Of a DNA stretch of 64,000 nt, positions 41,041 to 49,825 are shown piece by piece (position 1 is the stretch's first letter; every line of letters starts with the position of its first letter). Position numbers and translations under genes: made by a program. The DNA lies in the NCBI GenBank assembly GCA_964344855.1, contig CAYFOV010000009.1, positions 28,235 through 92,234 of the forward strand. The letters run 5' to 3'. The notes under the pieces are model-generated. The model had not been told where the DNA came from, searched no databases, and saw only the letters and a program-made list of their open reading frames with translations. Origin of the DNA: an uncultured Candidatus Nemicrothrix sp. (lineage in GTDB: Bacteria; Actinomycetota; Acidimicrobiia; Acidimicrobiales; MedAcidi-G1).

Positions 41041-41138
41041 GGGTCGCCGGCAGGCTCGTTGGTCCAGGTCGGGCACCGGTGCGTCGCGTGCCCGTCCCGG
41101 GGCTGACGGCGGAATGGGCGGGGTGTAGGTTCCGGTGC

Positions 41139-42698
41139 ATGGAGATACGCGAACTCTCGGGCATAGCCGAGATCGTCCTGAACGGCGCTGCGGAGAAGCC
41201 CGACGCCGACATGATCATCTACGAGGGCCGGCACATCACCTGGTCCGAGATGAGGGGCGACTCGTGCAGGGTGGCCAACGCCCTGCGGGCCGACGGCGTC
41301 GGGCCGGCCGACCGCATCGCCTACATAGACAAGAACGGGCCCGAGTACTTCGAGCTGGCCTTCGGATGCTCCTTCCTGAAGGCCGTGACCGTGGCCGTCA
41401 ACTGGCGCCTGGCACCGCCTGAGATGGCCTACATCGTCAACGACGCAGAGGCCGCCGTGCTGGTCGTCCACGAGGAGTTCGCCGAGCACCTGGCGGCGAT
41501 CGAGGAGGACCTGACCAGCGTGAGGCGCATCGTCGTCATCGGCTCGCACCCCGCCCATGTCTCATACGACGAGTGGCGCGACGCCCACGAGCCCGAATGC
41601 GAGGTCGCCGAGGCCGAACCGGGCGACGTCTCCATGCAGCTCTACACGTCGGGCACGACGGGGATGCCCAAGGGGGCCCAGCTCACCAACGCCAACTTCC
41701 GTGCGGCCTTCAACAACATTGACTGGGCCATGGACGGTGACAGCCGCTCCATGGTGGTCATGCCGCTGTTCCACATCGGCGGTAGCGGTTGGGCGTTCTT
41801 CGGAATGGGCAGCGGTGCCACCTCGATCATGGTCAGGGAGTTCGACCCGGTCGGGGCACTGAAGCTGATCGAGTCGGAGCGGATCACGCACGCCTTCTTC
41901 GTGCCGGCCGTGCTGGCCTTCTTCCTGCTGGTCCCCAACGACGGGATCGACCTCTCCTCCATGCAGCTCATCGCCTACGGGGCCTCCCCGATAACCGAGG
42001 ACGTGCTGGTCAAGTCCATGGAGTTGATCGGTTGCGAGTTCTCCCAGGTCTACGGGCTGACCGAGACCACCGGGGTCGTCACCCAGCTCCTTCCCGAGGA
42101 CCACGACCCCGGCGGCCCCCGGCAGGACCTGCTGCGCTCGGCGGGAAGGCCGATCGCGGGGACCGAGATACGGATCGTCGACCCCGACACCGGTGAGACG
42201 CTTCCCGACGGTGAGGTGGGCGAGGTCTGGATGCGCACCGAGCAGAACATGCTGGGCTACTGGCAGCTGCCGGAGGAGACGGCCGAGGCCCTTCCGGGCG
42301 ACGGTTGGTTCAGGTCGGGCGACGCCGCCTACCTGGACGACGGCTACCTGTTCATCTACGACCGTGTAAAGGACATGATCATCTCGGGCGGGGAGAACGT
42401 CTACCCGGCCGAGGTGGAGAACGCCCTCATGGCCCATGAGGGCGTGGCCGACGTGGCCGTGATCGGCGTACCCGACGAGAAGTGGGGCGAGGTAGGCAAG
42501 GCCCTGGTCGTGCCGGTCGCCGAGGGTGGCGTGACCGGCGAGGAGATCTTGGCCTTCGGCCGGGAGCGCCTCGCCGGGTTCAAGTGCCCCAAGTCCGTGG
42601 ACTTCGTGGAGGCGATACCGCGGAACCCCTCGGGCAAGATCCTCAAGAGGGAGCTCCGGGACCCGTACTGGGAGGGCCAGGAGCGCAGGGTCCACTGA
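41139..42698 (+). CDS. AMP-dependent acyl-CoA synthetase/ligase (FadD-like)
   Basis: MQLYTSGTTGMPKGA (AMP motif I), YGLTETTG, GWFRSGD and SGKILKRELR. Start at ATG 41139. Confidence 0.85.
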   Translation: MEIRELSGIAEIVLNGAAEKPDADMIIYEGRHITWSEMRGDSCRVANALRADGVGPADRIAYIDKNGPEYFELAFGCSFLKAVTVAVNWRLAPPEMAYIVNDAEAAVLVVHEEFAEHLAAIEEDLTSVRRIVVIGSHPAHVSYDEWRDAHEPECEVAEAEPGDVSMQLYTSGTTGMPKGAQLTNANFRAAFNNIDWAMDGDSRSMVVMPLFHIGGSGWAFFGMGSGATSIMVREFDPVGALKLIESERITHAFFVPAVLAFFLLVPNDGIDLSSMQLIAYGASPITEDVLVKSMELIGCEFSQVYGLTETTGVVTQLLPEDHDPGGPRQDLLRSAGRPIAGTEIRIVDPDTGETLPDGEVGEVWMRTEQNMLGYWQLPEETAEALPGDGWFRSGDAAYLDDGYLFIYDRVKDMIISGGENVYPAEVENALMAHEGVADVAVIGVPDEKWGEVGKALVVPVAEGGVTGEEILAFGRERLAGFKCPKSVDFVEAIPRNPSGKILKRELRDPYWEGQERRVH

Positions 42699-42759
42699 GC
42701 CCCGACGGCACCCGGCCGGGTTCAGGCCCGGCGCCGGCTGCTGGCTAGGGTCGCCGCCC

Positions 42760-43530
42760 ATGGACATGAGGGTGGACGGGAAGGTGGCACTGGTCACCGG
42801 CGGGTCGCGCGGGATCGGCCGTTCGATTGCCGGGACCCTGGCAGCGGCCGGCGCCAGGGTCATGGTCACCAGCCGAAAGGCCGAGGCCTGCGAGGCGGCG
42901 GTGGCCGAGTTGACCGACGAGACCGGCGGCGAGCTGGCCTTCGAGGCCGGGAACGTTGGCCGGGCCGAGGACGCGGAGCGGGTGGTTGGGGCGACCCTCG
43001 AGGCCTTCGGCGCCGTCGACATCCTCGTCAACAACGCCGCCACCAACCCCTACGCCGGTCCGGTCATCGACGCCGACATCCCCCGCTGGGAGAAGACCTT
43101 CCAGGTGAACGTGACGGCGCCCCTGGTGTGGACCCAGCTCTGCTGGAACGCCTGGATGAGGGAGCACGGGGGCGGGGTGGTCAACGTCTCGTCCGTGGGG
43201 GCCTTCTCGACCAGCCCGATCCTGGGCACCTACGACATCACCAAGTTGGCCCTCGTGCAGCTGACCCGCCAACTGGCCGCCGAGATGGCACCGGGCGTGC
43301 GGGTGAACGCAGTCTGCCCGGGCCTCATCAAGACCGACTTCGCCAGGGCCCTCTGGGACGAGGGCAGGGGGGAGCAGGTCGCCCAGGCCTACCCGCTGGA
43401 GCGCCTGGGTGAGCCCGAGGACATCGCCAACGCGGCCCTCTACCTGGCCTCCGAGGCGTCCGGCTGGATGACCGGACAGGCCCTGGTCGTGGACGGCGGC
43501 GGCCTGGTCGGCTTCACCAAGGTGGGCTGA
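42760..43530 (+). CDS. SDR family oxidoreductase
   Basis: VTGGSRGIGRS, NNAA, and the Y-x3-K region (YDITKLAL). 256 aa. Confidence 0.8.
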   Translation: MDMRVDGKVALVTGGSRGIGRSIAGTLAAAGARVMVTSRKAEACEAAVAELTDETGGELAFEAGNVGRAEDAERVVGATLEAFGAVDILVNNAATNPYAGPVIDADIPRWEKTFQVNVTAPLVWTQLCWNAWMREHGGGVVNVSSVGAFSTSPILGTYDITKLALVQLTRQLAAEMAPGVRVNAVCPGLIKTDFARALWDEGRGEQVAQAYPLERLGEPEDIANAALYLASEASGWMTGQALVVDGGGLVGFTKVG

Positions 43531-43555
43531 GCACGACAGCCCGCCCGGCAGCGGC

Positions 43556-44692
43556 TCAGACCTCCAGCTGTCGGGCGAGCGACTCCGTGGCCTCGATGAA
43601 CTCCTCTATCATTTCTATGACCACCTGGCCGGCGGGACGGGAGCGGTCCATGGAGCCGACCACCTGGCCCACGAAGTAGGTCGCCAGCTTCTCGGCCCCC
43701 GAGCCCTCGACGTGGGCCGCCCTGTTGATGCGCTGCTGGGCCTCGTTGGTCAGGATCGGCTGCAGCGGCATGCCCAGCGGATCGGGGGTGTCCCCCCTGT
43801 CCCACTCGTCGCTCCATGCGGTGCGCAGCATCCTGGCCGGCTTGCCCGTCAGCGAGCGGGACCTGAGGGTGTCGCCGGAACCGGCCGCCAGCATCTTCTC
43901 CTTCACGGTCGGTTCCGTCTCGGCCTCGTCGGTGGTCAGCCAGACTGAGCCGCACCAGACGCCGGCGGCGCCCAGGGCCATTGCTGCCGCCATCTGCCTG
44001 CCCCGTCCGATTCCGCCGGCTCCCAGCACCGGCACCGGGGCCACGGCGTCCACCACCTCGGGTACGAGCACCATGGTGCCGATCTCGCCGGTGTGGCCGC
44101 CGGCCTCAGCGCCCTGGGCGATGATCACGTCGGCACCCGCGTTCACGTTGCGCTCGGCGTGGGCCCTCGTGCCTGCCAGGGCGGCGACCCTCACCCCGGC
44201 CTCGTGGCAGGCCCCGATCATGTCCGGTGGCGGGGGTCCAAGTGCGTTGGCCATGAGGGCGGGGCGGTGGGCCAGGGCTATCTCGACCTGCCTGGCTGCC
44301 CGGTTGGCCGAGAAGGGGGCGTCACCTGACCGGCCGGTCCAGCCGGCGGGCTGGCCGTCGAGGCCTTCGGGAACGCCGTACCTGTCCAGCAGTTCGTCCA
44401 GGAACTCCCTGTGGCCCTGAGGGATCAGGGCGGCCACGTCGTCCATGCTGAGGCCGCCGTCGCCGTCGCCGGCGTAGCGGGCCGGCACTATCAGGTCCAC
44501 GCCGTAGGGCAGGTCACCCACCTCGTCATCGATCCAGGCCAGGTCCACCTCCAGCCCCTCGTCGCTGTGGCCGACGGCGCCCAACACCCCCATGCCACCC
44601 GCCCTCGTCACCGCAGCCACCACGTCGCGGCAGTGGCTGAAGGCCAGGATCGGGAACTCGACGCCGAACATCTCGGTTATGGCGGTCTGCAT
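43556..44692 (-). CDS. Nitronate monooxygenase / NAD(P)H-dependent flavin oxidoreductase family
   Basis: FGVEFPILAFSH.., IIAQGAEAGGHTG and VLGAGGIGRGRQ. 378 aa. Confidence 0.7.
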   Translation of the reverse strand: MQTAITEMFGVEFPILAFSHCRDVVAAVTRAGGMGVLGAVGHSDEGLEVDLAWIDDEVGDLPYGVDLIVPARYAGDGDGGLSMDDVAALIPQGHREFLDELLDRYGVPEGLDGQPAGWTGRSGDAPFSANRAARQVEIALAHRPALMANALGPPPPDMIGACHEAGVRVAALAGTRAHAERNVNAGADVIIAQGAEAGGHTGEIGTMVLVPEVVDAVAPVPVLGAGGIGRGRQMAAAMALGAAGVWCGSVWLTTDEAETEPTVKEKMLAAGSGDTLRSRSLTGKPARMLRTAWSDEWDRGDTPDPLGMPLQPILTNEAQQRINRAAHVEGSGAEKLATYFVGQVVGSMDRSRPAGQVVIEMIEEFIEATESLARQLEV

Positions 44693-44749
44693 CGGCCGGC
44701 CTCCTCGTCCCGGACGGTTCTGGGATCAGGTCTGTGATCAGGTCTCGGT

Positions 44750-46222
44750 TCAGGTCGCCACGACGCCCTCGGGCGAGAGTTCGGCGACCCTGCCGACATG
44801 TTCGTCCACGAGCATGGCATCCAGGCTCGCCGAATGGCGTGTCGTGCCCCAGACTCTGGCATCGGCGCCGGTGCGGAGGGCCACGAGGGCGTGGGTGGGC
44901 CGGCCGGACCTGTCGTGCATGACCGAGTAGGCCTCGATCGTGGCCTGGCCCGAGTAGCCGGGGTCCGGCCTCCGCCTGGGCGTCCCGGTTGCCTCGTCGG
45001 TGACGTCGGCGCAGCGGTAGGGCCCTGTGGGCGGGTCCGGCGAGTACACGCCGAAGGCGTGCTTGGTGGCGTAGCCGCCGTTGGCGTGGACCAGCCCCAG
45101 CCCCGGTGCCTCCCTGAGCAGGTGCACCATGGCCGCTACGGCCTGGCCGGCGTAGTTGTTGTAGGGGGCGCCGGCGAAGGTGAGGCCGCCGGTAACGGTG
45201 AGGGGCCGGTCCTGGGAGATGCCCAGTTCCGTGGCCGAGATCTGCACGGCCGAGGGGAAGCACGAGTAGAGGTCCACGTGGGCCAGGTCGTCCACGCCGG
45301 CTCCAGCCGTCCGGAGGGCCCGTTCCCCGGCCAGGCGCAGCGCCGGCGCCCGGTGCAGTTCCCACCTCTCGCTGATCCAGGTCGTGTCGAGGCCGCTGCT
45401 CCCGGCCAGCGGGAAGACCCAGCGGTCCCTCGGGACCCCCGCGGCATCGGCCCGCTCCGCCGACATGAGCAGCACGGCCGAGGCCTGGTCGACGTTGTTG
45501 TTGGCGTTCATGGCCACCGTGTAGGGGGCTCCAACCAGGCGGTTCCCGCCGGTGGGGGTGGTGATCTGGTCGGCGCTCATCGGGGTCCGCACGGCGGCAT
45601 GGGGGTTCTCCACTGCCACCCGGTTGAAGCCCTCCCAGAGACGTCCCAGCCTCGAGCGGTGCTCGGAGAGGCTCTCGCCCATGGAGTGGCGGATGGCCGA
45701 GTCCAGCAGCGGGTAGACGGTCACGGGGGCGTCCACGCCGCGTGACACCTCGTGTTCTGTGGCCATGACCAGCTGTTCTCCGAAGGCCTCGGCTGCGGGC
45801 AGGGACATGTCGTAATCCCTGCGCAGGTCGATCCCCATGGCGCGGGCCCTGCGCCGGCTGCGGTTGGTCTCACCGCCCAGCACCGCTGCCGCCCCGACCT
45901 CGCCGTCCCTGATGGCTCCGGCGGCGCTGTTCACCAGCAGTTGTGGGCTGTGGCCGGACCAGGTGGTCAGGAGGGTGCGTGCCGGGTCGGCTCCGACGCG
46001 GTCGGCCAGCTGTCTGCCCGGGTCCGGGTAGCGCCAGAGCCCCCCGACCACGCCTACCAGGTCCAGGCCGGCCACAGCGGCCGGTGCCCCTGCGTCCCCG
46101 GCCGCCGTGAGCAGGGCGTCCTCCATGAGGTCCATGGCGGTGCGGGCCACAGTCGGGTCGTCGACCGTGTCGGTGACCTGGGCGGCGCCGACGATGACCG
46201 GCGTGCGCGGGTCCAGTTCCAC
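44750..46222 (-). CDS. Thiolase-fold protein with a C-terminal OB-fold (DUF35-like) extension; usually annotated acetyl-CoA acetyltransferase, but the catalytic residues appear to be absent
   Basis: Thiolase-like blocks (PVIVGAAQ.., AAGAIRDGEVGAAAVLGGE, DLYSCFPSAVQ). T-W-S-G sits where C-x-S-G is expected and GAP where GHP is expected. GTG 46222 was chosen as the start and is uncertain. Confidence 0.55.
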   Translation of the reverse strand: MELDPRTPVIVGAAQVTDTVDDPTVARTAMDLMEDALLTAAGDAGAPAAVAGLDLVGVVGGLWRYPDPGRQLADRVGADPARTLLTTWSGHSPQLLVNSAAGAIRDGEVGAAAVLGGETNRSRRRARAMGIDLRRDYDMSLPAAEAFGEQLVMATEHEVSRGVDAPVTVYPLLDSAIRHSMGESLSEHRSRLGRLWEGFNRVAVENPHAAVRTPMSADQITTPTGGNRLVGAPYTVAMNANNNVDQASAVLLMSAERADAAGVPRDRWVFPLAGSSGLDTTWISERWELHRAPALRLAGERALRTAGAGVDDLAHVDLYSCFPSAVQISATELGISQDRPLTVTGGLTFAGAPYNNYAGQAVAAMVHLLREAPGLGLVHANGGYATKHAFGVYSPDPPTGPYRCADVTDEATGTPRRRPDPGYSGQATIEAYSVMHDRSGRPTHALVALRTGADARVWGTTRHSASLDAMLVDEHVGRVAELSPEGVVAT

Positions 46223-46310
46223 GCCCCGCAGTGTGTACCAGCGCCCCTGTCTGCGGCGAGGTGGGGCGGTACCGGCCTCTCCAGTTAGGCATTCCTCACA
46301 TCCGCCTACA

Positions 46311-46988
46311 ATGGCCACCATGGCCTACACCACCCCGGAGTACCACCCGGCCTTCGAGGAGTACTGCGAGACCATCTACGAGTTGGCCGAGGACGACTTC
46401 GAGGTGATACAGGCGCGTATCGCCGAGCGCCTCGAGATCAGCCGGCCGGCAGTGTCGGAGATGATCAGGCGGATGGAGAAGGAGGGCCTGGTGTCCACGG
46501 CGGGATCGGCCATAGCCCTGACGGCTGACGGCCAGGAGTTGGCCATCTCCGTGGTCCGCAGGCACCGGCTGGCCGAGCGCTTCCTGACCGACGTGCTGGG
46601 CCTCTCGTGGACCGACGCCCACCACGAGGCCGGCAAGTGGGAGCACGTCATCTCACCGCTGGTGGAGGGCGCCCTGAACCGGATGCTGGGTGAACCGACC
46701 ACCTGTCCGCACGGAAACCCCATCCCGGGCAGCTCATACGAGGCCCCCGACGCCTGCCACCTGGTGGAGATCGACGTGGGCGATGAGTTCACGGTGAGCC
46801 GCATCACCGAGGAACTGGAGTTCACCGAGGGGATGCTGGACTTCCTCGAGGGGTCGGCCCTGGTCCCGGGCAACCGGGGCACGGTCACCGCGGCATCACC
46901 CGACGGCACGGTCACCGTCGAGATCGACGGAAACCGGTTCGGCGTGGGTTCCTACGCCGCCGAGCGCATCCTCGTCACCAACGGCTGA
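46311..46988 (+). CDS. DtxR/IdeR/MntR family metal-dependent transcriptional regulator with a C-terminal FeoA/SH3-like domain
   Basis: YCETIYELAE.., ARIAERLEISRPAVSEMIRRMEKEGLV HTH, RRHRLAERFL, EAGKWEHVIS and CPHGNPIP. ATG 46320 is an alternative start. Confidence 0.85.
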   Translation: MATMAYTTPEYHPAFEEYCETIYELAEDDFEVIQARIAERLEISRPAVSEMIRRMEKEGLVSTAGSAIALTADGQELAISVVRRHRLAERFLTDVLGLSWTDAHHEAGKWEHVISPLVEGALNRMLGEPTTCPHGNPIPGSSYEAPDACHLVEIDVGDEFTVSRITEELEFTEGMLDFLEGSALVPGNRGTVTAASPDGTVTVEIDGNRFGVGSYAAERILVTNG

Positions 46989-47036
46989 GACGGGGCGGCT
47001 GCCACAGCCCGCCGACCCGGCTGGCCGGGTGGTCGG

Positions 47037-48689
47037 TCATGCCAGGTAGGTGGCGCGGCGCACGACCAGCAGCCAGGTCATCACGGCGCTGATCCCGACA
47101 AGGGCCAGGGCCAGCAGTGCCGCCTCCGGGATGTAGGAGGCCTCGTAGGTGTCCCAGATCTCGACGGCCAGTGTCCTGAACCCGATGGGCGAGACGAGCA
47201 GGGTGGCCGGCAGCTCCTTCATTGTGGAGAGCATCACGAGGCCCCCGCCGGCAGCCAGGCTGGGGGCCATGAGGGGCAACTCGACGGTCGTGAGGCGCCT
47301 GAACCGTCCCGCCCCCAGCAAGCGGGCGGCGTCCTCCATGCGCCTCGGCACGGTCGACACGGCCACCTGCGCCGTCCGGACGGCCTGCGCGCCGAAGTGG
47401 ACCACGTACGCGAACACCAGCACCGGGAGGGTCCCCACGAGGAACCCGAACGGCGAGGCGTGCAGGGTCCAGAAGATGAGCGAGAGGGCCACGACCAGGC
47501 CCGGGATGGCGAAGCCGGCCACGACGACGCCGTTGATGGCGGCACCCAGCCTGGTGCGGTGGCGGGCCAGAAGGTAGGCCACCGGCAGAACGGCCGCCAC
47601 CGCCAGCAGGGCGGTCACGACGCTGATCCACACCGTGTTCCAGGCCGGACCCGCCAGGTCGACGGGTTCCAGCCGCAGGCCGCCGCCCCTTTCCCCCAGC
47701 CAGCCGGAGAGGCCCCAGTCTGCCAGCGACACGGCCGGTGAGACGAGGGCCAGGCCCAGCACAGCGGCGCAGGCGGCGACGGACGGCGCCGTCCACCTGC
47801 CCAGGGAGACCCGCAGGGCCGGCCGGTCGCCCACAACCTGGTTCCGGGCGCCCCTCCTGGCAACCGTGCGCTCGGCGGACACGACCAGCAGCGCCAGGAC
47901 CAGCAGCACCAGGGCCATGGCGAACGACCGCTCCTGGTCGAACAGCCTCGTCCGGAAGATCGTCTGGGTGAGGGTCTCGAAGCGCATGAGGTGCACGGCG
48001 CCGAAGTCGCTGACGGTGTAGAGGAAGACCAGCAGCGAGCCGGCGGCTATGGCCGACCCGGCCTGGGGGAGCACGATCCGCCTGAACACCTGCACCGGGC
48101 GGTCGCCCAGCAGGCGGGCGTTCTCCTCCAGCGACGTCGGCAGCGTCGAGAGCCGGGCCGCCACCGGGAGGTAGACGTAGGGGTAGGTGAACAGCGTCAG
48201 CACCAGCCAGGCGCCGAAGAGCCCGTGCAGCCGCAGGTCCAGGTCCAGGCCGACCAGGCCGGCCAGGTCGTGCACGATGCCGCCGGGGGTGAGGCCCGAC
48301 TGGAGTGCGCTGGCCCCCACGAAGCTCGGGTAGACGAGGGGGAGGGGGGTGGCTATCCGCCAGAAGCCGGCTGCCGGCAGGTCCGTGCGCGTCGTCAGCC
48401 ATGCCAGGACCGTGCCTACGACCGCGGCAGCCCCCGAGACCAGCACCGCCAACTGGACGGTCCGCCACAGGGGCTCGAGGGTGCGGGCCGAGGCAAGGAG
48501 TCCCACCTGGTCGGTGCCGGCGGCCAGGACCCGCCAGACGACGTAGCCGCCGGGGATGGCGAACAGCGTCGCCACCACCACAGCGGCCACGACGAGCGCC
48601 CGCGGGGGGCGCCCGGGACCCGCCCGGTCCCGAGCGCCCCCGTCCGCGGACTGTGGAGGCCCCCCGGCAGCGACCGCCGGCCTCACCAC
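47037..48689 (-). CDS. Iron(III)/thiamine-type ABC transporter permease (fused double permease, FbpB-like)
   Basis: 550 aa with about 12 hydrophobic segments and two permease EAA-like loops (LEENARLLG; MEDAARLLGAG). Confidence 0.75.
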   Translation of the reverse strand: MVRPAVAAGGPPQSADGGARDRAGPGRPPRALVVAAVVVATLFAIPGGYVVWRVLAAGTDQVGLLASARTLEPLWRTVQLAVLVSGAAAVVGTVLAWLTTRTDLPAAGFWRIATPLPLVYPSFVGASALQSGLTPGGIVHDLAGLVGLDLDLRLHGLFGAWLVLTLFTYPYVYLPVAARLSTLPTSLEENARLLGDRPVQVFRRIVLPQAGSAIAAGSLLVFLYTVSDFGAVHLMRFETLTQTIFRTRLFDQERSFAMALVLLVLALLVVSAERTVARRGARNQVVGDRPALRVSLGRWTAPSVAACAAVLGLALVSPAVSLADWGLSGWLGERGGGLRLEPVDLAGPAWNTVWISVVTALLAVAAVLPVAYLLARHRTRLGAAINGVVVAGFAIPGLVVALSLIFWTLHASPFGFLVGTLPVLVFAYVVHFGAQAVRTAQVAVSTVPRRMEDAARLLGAGRFRRLTTVELPLMAPSLAAGGGLVMLSTMKELPATLLVSPIGFRTLAVEIWDTYEASYIPEAALLALALVGISAVMTWLLVVRRATYLA

Positions 48690-48699
48690 TTGCCGTCAG

Positions 48700-49761
48700 T
48701 CACTGGTCCAGGATTCCGCTGGCCTCGATGATCTCGATGGTCCTCGTGAACTCGGCCGCCACGTCGTCGATCTCCACAGCTCCGACCGTGTCGGCCGGCG
48801 CCGGGGGCAGGGAACCGGCGGGATCCACCCCCGGGACCAGCGGGTACTCGAACACGGAGTCGGTCAGGTAGCGCTGCTGGGAGTTGCTCAGCAGGTGGGC
48901 CAGCAGGCGGTTGGCCAGGTCCTTGTCGTCGCTCTGCTCCAGGATGGCTGCCGTGGCGATGATCATCAGGCCTCCGTCGTCGCCCTCGTCGAAGCCGTGG
49001 TTGGCCGACCGCTGGGCGTCGCCGTTGGCGGCCACCTCCTGGTGGTTGTAGTAGTGGTTGACCAGGCCGAAGTGGACCTCGCCGCGCCCGACGGCCTCCA
49101 CGATCGCCCGGTTCTTGGGGTAGAAGCGGGCCCCGTTGGCGACCATCCCGTCAAGCCACGCCACGGCAGCGTCGTCGCCGTTGCGCAGGCGGAACACCGT
49201 GAACCAGTCCTGGAACGAGGAGTTGCTGCCGGGGACCGCCACCTTGTCCCTGTACTCGGGCCCGGTCAGGTCGAACACCGAACCGGGCAGGTCGGCTTCG
49301 GCCACCTCGTCGATGTTGTACACGAGGACGCGTGCACGGCCGGCGAAACCGACCCAGGACCCGGTCGGGGAGCGGTCGCCGGGGGTGACCCTGTCCAGCA
49401 CCTCAGCGTCGATGGTGGCGAGCATCCCGAGGTCGTCCAGGTAGCCGGCCGGCCCGGGGCTCCTCGACAGGTAGACGTCGGCCGGGGTCTTGTCCCCCTC
49501 GGCCGAGATGGCCAGGGCCAGGTCGTTGGAGGACCCGTACCTGACCTCGAGGTCCACTCCCGTGACGGCCTCGAACTCCTCGAACATCGGGCCCACCAGC
49601 TTCTCGCTGCGTCCCGAGTAGACGGTGAGGGTGGGCTCCTCATCGCTGCCGCACGCCGCGGCGGTGGCCGCAACGGTTACGGCCAGGAGCGCGGCCAGGA
49701 CGGTCCGGAGGGACCGGCCTGCGTTCCGGGGTGCGGGTGGCGTGGTGGGTAGGTCGGGCAT
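48700..49761 (-). CDS. ABC transporter periplasmic-type solute-binding lipoprotein (Fe3+ FbpA/AfuA-like)
   Basis: Signal peptide plus lipobox (LLAVTVAATAAACGSD). Family-1 SBP of about 350 aa. Lies between the ATPase and permease genes. Confidence 0.7.
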   Translation of the reverse strand: MPDLPTTPPAPRNAGRSLRTVLAALLAVTVAATAAACGSDEEPTLTVYSGRSEKLVGPMFEEFEAVTGVDLEVRYGSSNDLALAISAEGDKTPADVYLSRSPGPAGYLDDLGMLATIDAEVLDRVTPGDRSPTGSWVGFAGRARVLVYNIDEVAEADLPGSVFDLTGPEYRDKVAVPGSNSSFQDWFTVFRLRNGDDAAVAWLDGMVANGARFYPKNRAIVEAVGRGEVHFGLVNHYYNHQEVAANGDAQRSANHGFDEGDDGGLMIIATAAILEQSDDKDLANRLLAHLLSNSQQRYLTDSVFEYPLVPGVDPAGSLPPAPADTVGAVEIDDVAAEFTRTIEIIEASGILDQ

Positions 49762-49794
49762 TGGGCTGGTCCTTACCGGTCGGTTCCATCAGTG

Positions 49795-49825
49795 TAAGGG
49801 AAACCTAACAATCGATATAAGGGAA
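49795..49825. promoter_or_regulatory. AT-rich 64-nt spacer inside the ABC operon carrying the direct repeat TAAGGGAA-N15-TAAGGGAA and an AACCTAA half-site
   Basis: Read directly at 49795-49802 and 49818-49825. It is the most AT-rich intergenic stretch in this part of the window. It is only a 12/19 match to the IdeR/DtxR box consensus as I remember it. Confidence 0.3.

Noticed and set aside
46223-46310. Autoregulatory DtxR box upstream of the DtxR-family gene (TTAGGCATTCCTCACA).
   Set aside because: Only about 11 of 19 positions match the remembered consensus, and the sequence has no dyad symmetry.
46223-46321. Using ATG 46321 as the start of the thiolase-like gene (the 523-aa track ORF).
   Set aside because: That start would overlap the divergent DtxR-family gene start and add a non-conserved Arg/Gly-rich N-terminus. 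The family-like sequence begins near GTG 46222 (VELDPRTPVIVGAAQ).
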